Of a DNA stretch of 64,000 bases, positions 58,714 through 64,000 are shown piece by piece. Source of the DNA: Gemmatimonadota bacterium (GTDB taxonomy: Bacteria > Gemmatimonadota > Gemmatimonadetes > Gemmatimonadales > GWC2-71-9); assembly GCA_039586365.1 (NCBI GenBank), contig JBDHKN010000006.1, forward strand, positions 128,001 through 192,000, in the 5' to 3' direction. Position 1 is the first letter of the stretch. The number at the start of each line of letters is the position of its first letter. The translations under genes were made by a program, and so were the position numbers. The notes beneath the pieces are model-generated. The model ran no database searches. It had not been told where the DNA came from and saw only the letters and a list, made by a program, of their open reading frames with translations.

Positions 58714-58980
58714 ATGAAGAAGCCTGTGACACCAGGTGTCCGGGTCGCGGAACTCAAGGCGCGGCTCAGTGCCTATCTCCGGCGGGTGCGGGCCGGTGAG
58801 TCCATCACCGTGCTCGACCGTGACACCCCCATCGCTCGCCTGGTGCCCATAGGCGCGGCAGCGCCGCTTTCGGTGCGGCGATCCCACGGTCGCCTCCAGG
58901 ACCTCCGGCTGCCGCCCCCGCTCGAGCTCGGGGTCGACGTGGTGGATTTGCTACTCCAGGAGCGGCAGGCCGATCGATGA
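58714..58980 (+). CDS. Phd/YefM family antitoxin
   Basis: VAELKARLSAYLRRVRAGESITVLDRDTPIARLVP. Confidence 0.92.
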   Translation: MKKPVTPGVRVAELKARLSAYLRRVRAGESITVLDRDTPIARLVPIGAAAPLSVRRSHGRLQDLRLPPPLELGVDVVDLLLQERQADR

Positions 58981-59390
58981 ACGCCTATCTCGATGCCTCG
59001 GTCCTGCTGCGTCTGGTGCTCGGTCAGCGGGGTCAGCTTGCGGAATGGAAGGCCGTGCGGGTGGGTGTAGCGAGTGCGCTGACCGAGGTGGAATGCCTCC
59101 GCACGCTCGACCGGTTGCGGCTTCACGGTACTGCAGCGGACGAGATCGCCGTCCGTCGCGAGGCGGTGTACCGCCTGGTGGAGCGTATCGAGTTGGTCGA
59201 GCCGACATCAGTCGTGCTACGTCGCGCGGCGCAACCCATGCCGATGGCTTTGGGCACGCTCGACGCCGTCCACTTGGCAACGGCCTTGCTGTGGCAGGAA
59301 ACGCGCGAGAAGGATCTGGTCCTCGCCACTCACGATCGGGCGCTAGCGCTGGCGGCGCGGGCGAGCGGATTGCACGTGATCGGCGTGTAG
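58977..59390 (+). CDS. vapC: VapC-type PIN domain toxin
   Basis: AYLDASVLL, TEVE, LGTLDAVHLATA, ATHD; ATGA overlap with the antitoxin. Confidence 0.92.
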   Translation: MNAYLDASVLLRLVLGQRGQLAEWKAVRVGVASALTEVECLRTLDRLRLHGTAADEIAVRREAVYRLVERIELVEPTSVVLRRAAQPMPMALGTLDAVHLATALLWQETREKDLVLATHDRALALAARASGLHVIGV

Positions 59391-59393
59391 AGC

Positions 59394-59501
59394 TCAGCCT
59401 GCTGGCTGGCGCGACCTTTCGTAACCCGGCTCGGTAATGCTGCAGGCCACAGCCACGAGGAGGGCCGGCAGGGACAGGATTCCTGTGGTGCGCGACGTCA
59501 T
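59394..59501 (-). CDS. 35-aa lipoprotein-signal ORF (mini-lipoprotein or truncated remnant)
   Basis: MTSRTTGILSLPALLVAVAC-SITEPG...; below the ORF-track cutoff. Confidence 0.4.
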   Translation of the reverse strand: MTSRTTGILSLPALLVAVACSITEPGYERSRQPAG

Positions 59502-59609
59502 GGTTCACATCCGGCGATCATCTGGCGCGGTGCCGTCCGCGCCGACGCAACCTCACCCAAGAGTTGAATCGAATCTGTCAGGGCGCTCACGTTCCAGTGG
59601 CCCAAGCAC

Positions 59610-59640
59610 AAAAAGCGGTGCCGCGGACGGGCGCCCGCTT
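59610..59640 (-). terminator. rho-independent terminator after the anti-sigma gene
   Basis: AAGCGG-GCGCC...GGCA-CCGCTT stem followed by TTT on the minus strand. Confidence 0.55.
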
Positions 59641-59654
59641 GAGACCGAACGCGC

Positions 59655-60449
59655 CTAGCGCTCACCTGGATCAGCGCCGGACAGGTTGATATCTCTCCTG
59701 ATCGGGCCCGCCTGTGCAGTCAAGTCGAGTCTCAGTTCCGTGCGGTCTCCAATATGTACTTCGAGCGTCTCGAGGTGGCTCGGCAGCCGAACTTCATAGC
59801 TGGCCGTTGACGTGGCTGCGTTGCGTATCTGAAACCCGTCCGGCAAGACCACGATTTCTTCACTTCCGTCCCCTCCGATTACCCCAGCCGATGCCGATGC
59901 CGTGGGGTCGACGGTGAGATACAGGGTACCCCCTGCTTGTACGTGGACGATCCTCAGCGTGAACTCCGGGCCCGCCGGCGTGAACGTGATCACCGGGCCG
60001 AGCTCACGAGGCTCGATTGGAGCGGGCACTGCCTCTGGCTGCTCCGCGGGCGCTCCCACGACGAGTGACTTCAAGGCGTCCCAGCGCTCTGCCAGCCACG
60101 CGCGAGCCGGAGTCGCAGATAGTGCTGCGGTGAGTATCACGATTGCGGCCGCCGCCCGCGTGACACGCCACCTCGACCAATGCCGTTGCAGCACTGAGGG
60201 ACGGATCTTCCCGACGACTTCAGGAGGGCTCGAATCGCGGGGTGTCGCAGGCTGATCTTCGAGCTGCAAGGCGCAGCTGAAATCCTGGGACAACTGGCAC
60301 AACTCATCCATCTTGCATCGGCATTCGTCGCACTCGTGCAGATGCGCGTGAAACAGCCGTGCTTCCTCCTGTGAGCACTCTCCGTCCAGGAGCCTGATCA
60401 CATCACCGTCTTCCATATGTCGTCCGTCATCGGCCGCCGGTTGAATCAT
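59655..60449 (-). CDS. zf-HC2 (ZAS) transmembrane anti-sigma factor
   Basis: HLHECDEC (HxxxCxxC), central TM helix, periplasmic C-terminus; overlaps the sigma stop. Confidence 0.85.
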   Translation of the reverse strand: MIQPAADDGRHMEDGDVIRLLDGECSQEEARLFHAHLHECDECRCKMDELCQLSQDFSCALQLEDQPATPRDSSPPEVVGKIRPSVLQRHWSRWRVTRAAAAIVILTAALSATPARAWLAERWDALKSLVVGAPAEQPEAVPAPIEPRELGPVITFTPAGPEFTLRIVHVQAGGTLYLTVDPTASASAGVIGGDGSEEIVVLPDGFQIRNAATSTASYEVRLPSHLETLEVHIGDRTELRLDLTAQAGPIRRDINLSGADPGER

Positions 60450-60943
60450 GAGAGTGTCCCCGCTACCTGGGCTAATTCGTTTGCGAGCTTGCGCAGGGCC
60501 CGCGCGATCATCGTACCCACTGACCCGGTTGTCGTGCCGACCGCCTCCGCGATCTCCTTGTGCGAGAATCCTTCCTCTCGCATGAGCAACACGGTGCGAT
60601 CTTTGGTCGAGAGCTTCAGCAACATCTCTCTCACGAACTGACGGCGCTCATCCCGCTCGAGCTGCTCCAGTGGAGTCGGTGGGGCATCCACGTGCGGCGC
60701 CCTGGAGGGGGCCTGGAACAGCGCGACCGCGTGCCTCTGCTTTTTCCAGTCATCGCGCACCACATTGGTTGCCACCGTGAAGAGCCATGCTCTGAGATTG
60801 TCCGCTCGTGCAGGCGGCTGCCTGAGGAGTCGTAGATACGATTCCTGGGCGGCGTCTGCTGCCTGGTCCGGGTCCCCCGTCAGGCGGGTGAGGTAGCGGA
60901 GCAGAGCATCATGGTGTGCGGCAAATAGCGCGTTCAGGTCCAC
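60446..60943 (-). CDS. ECF RNA polymerase sigma factor
   Basis: AADAAQESY, RAWLFTVATN (region 2); GFSHKEIAEAVG (region 4). Confidence 0.92.
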   Translation of the reverse strand: MDLNALFAAHHDALLRYLTRLTGDPDQAADAAQESYLRLLRQPPARADNLRAWLFTVATNVVRDDWKKQRHAVALFQAPSRAPHVDAPPTPLEQLERDERRQFVREMLLKLSTKDRTVLLMREEGFSHKEIAEAVGTTTGSVGTMIARALRKLANELAQVAGTLS

Positions 60944-61026
60944 GGCATACAACGTTGCCGCTTGGATCCCCGGCGGGGAAGTACGACCCCCGCGCACCGC
61001 CGTCGTCCCCGGCACCAGTCTGTCTC

Positions 61027-61560
61027 TCAGTGCCAAGTCAAGCCGAGTGTGAACACCACGGATACGTTAGTGGTGTCATTGAAGAACAAGAACATGGCGT
61101 CTACGTTTGGCGTCACAAAGAAGTTGCCGCCCAAATGAAGATCGAAGCCGGTTCCGGCATCGAGTGCGATGCCACTCTCTTCGCCGCCCATCCACGATTC
61201 TTCGCCCGCGGCGACACCAAACCCCAGCTTCAAGAACCACTCTTGCAGCGGCCCGCGGCTTCCCCGTTGTAGGTGGAACGGGAAGATCGAGCCGGTCGCG
61301 GTGACGGCCACTCGGTTCGTCTCGATACCGAACTGGTCGCCGCGCCACCAATGCAGCACCTGGCCACCGAACTGAACTCGAGAATTCGGTGTGCCACCCA
61401 TGCGCACGTAGCCCGCCGCACCGCGGGTACCGTCCATCCAGCCACCGCCACCGCCGAAGCTCAGCCAGAAACCCCTGTGGGCCCCCTCGTGCTGGGCACA
61501 GGCCATTCCGGTAGCCAGGGCGCCTAGGGCGATCAGGAGAATTGCAGATCGTTGGAACAT
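61027..61560 (-). CDS. small outer-membrane beta-barrel protein
   Basis: Signal peptide, alternating beta strands, C-terminal LGLTWH. Confidence 0.75.
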   Translation of the reverse strand: MFQRSAILLIALGALATGMACAQHEGAHRGFWLSFGGGGGWMDGTRGAAGYVRMGGTPNSRVQFGGQVLHWWRGDQFGIETNRVAVTATGSIFPFHLQRGSRGPLQEWFLKLGFGVAAGEESWMGGEESGIALDAGTGFDLHLGGNFFVTPNVDAMFLFFNDTTNVSVVFTLGLTWH

Positions 61561-61708
61561 GTAGCCCCCTGCTGTGTATTGCGTATAATAAATATACAGT
61601 TGTAAATTAGGTATCAGGATGTCGTCCACTAAATGAACGATCGGTGGGAGCGCATTCTGACGGCTTCCAGGCAAGTGACACGGTGCAAACGGAACGGCGC
61701 AGACCAAG

Positions 61709-64000
61709 ATGACAGTAGGCAGCTGGGTCCGAGACGTGGCGCGCGGACTGAAAGAACTGACGGTGCTGGGGGCAGTAGCCCATCTTCTCGTTGGGGCGGC
61801 GGCGGCCCAAGACGGGGGTGGGGGCGGGGGCGGGGGCGGTCAGGGTGGAACGATTGCGGGCACTGTTCTGGCGGCGGATCAGTCGGCTCCCCTGGCGTGG
61901 GCGACGGTGTCCATCACGCAACTCTCCTCCCCGGTGACCGCTGTGGGAGAGCCCGAGTTTGCGCGTGACCGGACCGCCATCACAAGCGGCGACGGCACCT
62001 ACCGCTTTACGGAGCTTACCCCGGCCCAATACCGACTCCATATCAGACGGATTGGCTACTACCCCGCCACGATAGAAGTAGAGCTCAAGCAACCGAAGAG
62101 CGTCACAGTGTCGGCCGCCTTGGAGGTTGCTCCGGTGCAGCTCGAGAGGTTGGTGGTCAAAGGGATTACGCCCGACAAATATGCCCGGACTACGGATGGA
62201 GACGTCAGCGCAGGGCAAAAGCGGATCGAGATCGAGCGGTGGCGGCAGAAGGCCTTTCTCGGCAGTGACGTCCGGGCTCTTACCCATGCCGACGTTCTCG
62301 AAGCGGTCACGTTGGGGACTGCGGATCCCCTTCGTGCCCTACAGAGGCTTCCGGGGGTGACCACCCGCGACTCATGGACGGCGGAGGTCTGGACACGTGG
62401 TGCCTCGTGGGGCCAGACGCGCGTCTACTTCGACGACCTCCCGCTACTCAACCCGCTACATGCTGGTGGTGTTACCTCGGCGGTGAATGAGGATGTGTTG
62501 GGTTCCGTCTTGTTCCATCCCGGTGTCCGACCGGTCACGTTGGGCGAAGGTGCAGCCGGTGTCGTGCACTTGCGATCTCGTCCGGCCGGGGGGAGCGGAG
62601 ACCTGCGGGGCCACGTCGGCGCCGCGTTGTTTTCCGCCGGTCTCACGCTCGAACGCCGGTTCTCGCGCGGACGGATAGGGGCCCTGCTTGGCGGTCGCAG
62701 GTCGACCCTCGAAGGACCGAACTGGGAGCACCTGCCCCAGGAGTTCGGCGACTTCGCCGGGCGGTTCGATGTCGACCTCGGGAGAGACTGGTCCATCGAA
62801 GCCAGCGGGTTATGGGAGCGAGACTGGATTAATACGGATCTCCCCGATGGGCCAAGGGGCAACCAGTTTGCATGGGGCAACGCCGTCGGCAGGCTAACGT
62901 TCGATGGACCGGTCCCAGGAGCCAATGCGCGTCACACGGCCGGTTTCTCCCAGTTCGACTTGTCCGTCAGACAATACCGGTCTGCGGCGTCGATCGATCG
63001 CTTCAATAGTCACAATCCCACCCAAGGAAACACCAACGGGCGCATCAATCACTTTATCTTGAGCGGTGAATTCGGGTCGGTGAGTCCCGAACAGGACGTG
63101 GACGGATGGCGGGCCGGCTACCAGCTCATGCATCGTCTTCTGAAGTATGATGGGGCACCCATATCACCCTATCCGATACAGACGTTCTTGGGTCCGCTTT
63201 CTCTACAACAAGATCTGACCGTAGGCTCCCTGTGGGGTGAGGCTCGCTGGAAGCCGGCCAACGGGCTCACGGCGCTAGGTGGGATACGAGTGGAAGCGTC
63301 CGGCTCCATACGAAACGGGGGTCGAGTTCGCTTGGCCCCTCACATCTCGGTTCGATACGCGGTGTCAGAGCGGTGGAGTCTTTCCGCCGGCGTGGGCCGG
63401 ACCTATCAGTACTTGCAGCTGTTGGCTCAAGCCGGGCTGAGTGTCGGGCCCGGACTCCCGACCAGCCATGTCTGGCTGCTTGCGGGGCGGGATACACCGG
63501 CAGCACGAAGCGACGTCGTTTCGTTGGGCGCGGAGCGATGGTTGAGCGATCGGTGGCTGACGTCGGCCGCTCTGTATCTGCGCCGTGTTGCTGGCATCAC
63601 TCTCGTTGACCCGACCCCCGGACCGCTCCCGGCCAGGCCCAATACGGTTGTCGGCGAGAGCGGGGCCCGCGGGTTTGAGGTGTCTCTCCGGCGCTTGGCG
63701 GGAAGCTTCACGATGTCGGCGAGCTACAGTCTGGGTGTGTCCGAGATACGAGCGGCAGGACTCCGGTTTCCCGCCCCGTCCGACCGCAGTCACGCCATCG
63801 ACGCGACTGGTACGTGGAGAGTGCCGCGGAAAATCGTCGGGGGGGCGATCCGCATCGGGAGCGCGTTCACTGCCATGTCGGGTGCTCCGTACACGCCGTT
63901 GTATCCCGGGTCCTACGAGTGCGACTACGTGCTCGACCGTTGCAGAGAGCTCGTCTCAGATATCATCGGTGAACCAAACTCGGCCCGGTCTCCGTGGTAC
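61709..64000 (+). CDS. TonB-dependent receptor with N-terminal carboxypeptidase-regulatory-like domain, 3'-partial
   Basis: Absent from the ORF track, presumably because no stop falls in the window. Signal peptide, GTIAGTV...GTYRF...RRIGY, plug-like DPLRALQRLPGV...RG...NPLH. Confidence 0.88.
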   Translation, partial: MTVGSWVRDVARGLKELTVLGAVAHLLVGAAAAQDGGGGGGGGGQGGTIAGTVLAADQSAPLAWATVSITQLSSPVTAVGEPEFARDRTAITSGDGTYRFTELTPAQYRLHIRRIGYYPATIEVELKQPKSVTVSAALEVAPVQLERLVVKGITPDKYARTTDGDVSAGQKRIEIERWRQKAFLGSDVRALTHADVLEAVTLGTADPLRALQRLPGVTTRDSWTAEVWTRGASWGQTRVYFDDLPLLNPLHAGGVTSAVNEDVLGSVLFHPGVRPVTLGEGAAGVVHLRSRPAGGSGDLRGHVGAALFSAGLTLERRFSRGRIGALLGGRRSTLEGPNWEHLPQEFGDFAGRFDVDLGRDWSIEASGLWERDWINTDLPDGPRGNQFAWGNAVGRLTFDGPVPGANARHTAGFSQFDLSVRQYRSAASIDRFNSHNPTQGNTNGRINHFILSGEFGSVSPEQDVDGWRAGYQLMHRLLKYDGAPISPYPIQTFLGPLSLQQDLTVGSLWGEARWKPANGLTALGGIRVEASGSIRNGGRVRLAPHISVRYAVSERWSLSAGVGRTYQYLQLLAQAGLSVGPGLPTSHVWLLAGRDTPAARSDVVSLGAERWLSDRWLTSAALYLRRVAGITLVDPTPGPLPARPNTVVGESGARGFEVSLRRLAGSFTMSASYSLGVSEIRAAGLRFPAPSDRSHAIDATGTWRVPRKIVGGAIRIGSAFTAMSGAPYTPLYPGSYECDYVLDRCRELVSDIIGEPNSARSPWY
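61814..61839 (+). repeat. (GGGGGY)4 hexamer repeat encoding poly-Gly
   Basis: GGGGGT GGGGGC GGGGGC GGGGGC GG, in frame. Confidence 0.9.

Noticed and set aside
61800..61850. Suspected frameshift in the G-rich tract of the TonB-dependent receptor
   Set aside because: Base counting shows the signal peptide and mature domain are in the same frame.
1..64000. CRISPR arrays, tRNA/rRNA genes, transposases
   Set aside because: None recognised by eye; intergenic spaces are short and lack regularly spaced repeats.

Overview
A GC-rich, gene-dense bacterial chromosome segment. Gene order (ffs-dnaX-ybaB-recR-hyp-mglB-mglA-pgsA-cinA, bshB1-iscS-mnmA, tandem MacB-type permeases) suggests Gemmatimonadota, but this is inference. 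1-38 kb is mostly housekeeping and envelope genes: threonine aldolase, Trk K+ uptake with a broken trkA, SRP RNA, dnaX/recR, MglBA, grpE-dnaJ, mnmA/iscS/bshB1, a TolC-adaptor-ABC efflux operon with four permeases, a very large orphan histidine kinase, MsrPQ and an M28 peptidase. 38-56 kb is a carbohydrate locus with three (alpha/alpha)6 glycoside hydrolases, a sugar ABC importer, an MFS transporter and a divergent Dph6-like ATPase. It is interleaved with a selenocysteine-containing selD (in-frame UGA plus hairpin, truncated by the ORF track) and an opposite-strand cassette of a B12-dependent radical SAM enzyme plus a lipoprotein-like protein with a VVDPPPPP motif. 56-64 kb holds a HEPN-motif protein, comM/yifB, a Phd/VapC toxin-antitoxin pair, an ECF sigma/anti-sigma pair, an outer-membrane barrel and a TonB-dependent receptor that runs off the window. 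The best candidates for novelty are the radical SAM/Pro-rich partner cassette, a G10 slippery tract in dnaX placed to yield a gamma-sized subunit, and the Dph6-like/glycosidase/ABC operon. No CRISPR, rRNA, tRNA or transposase was seen.
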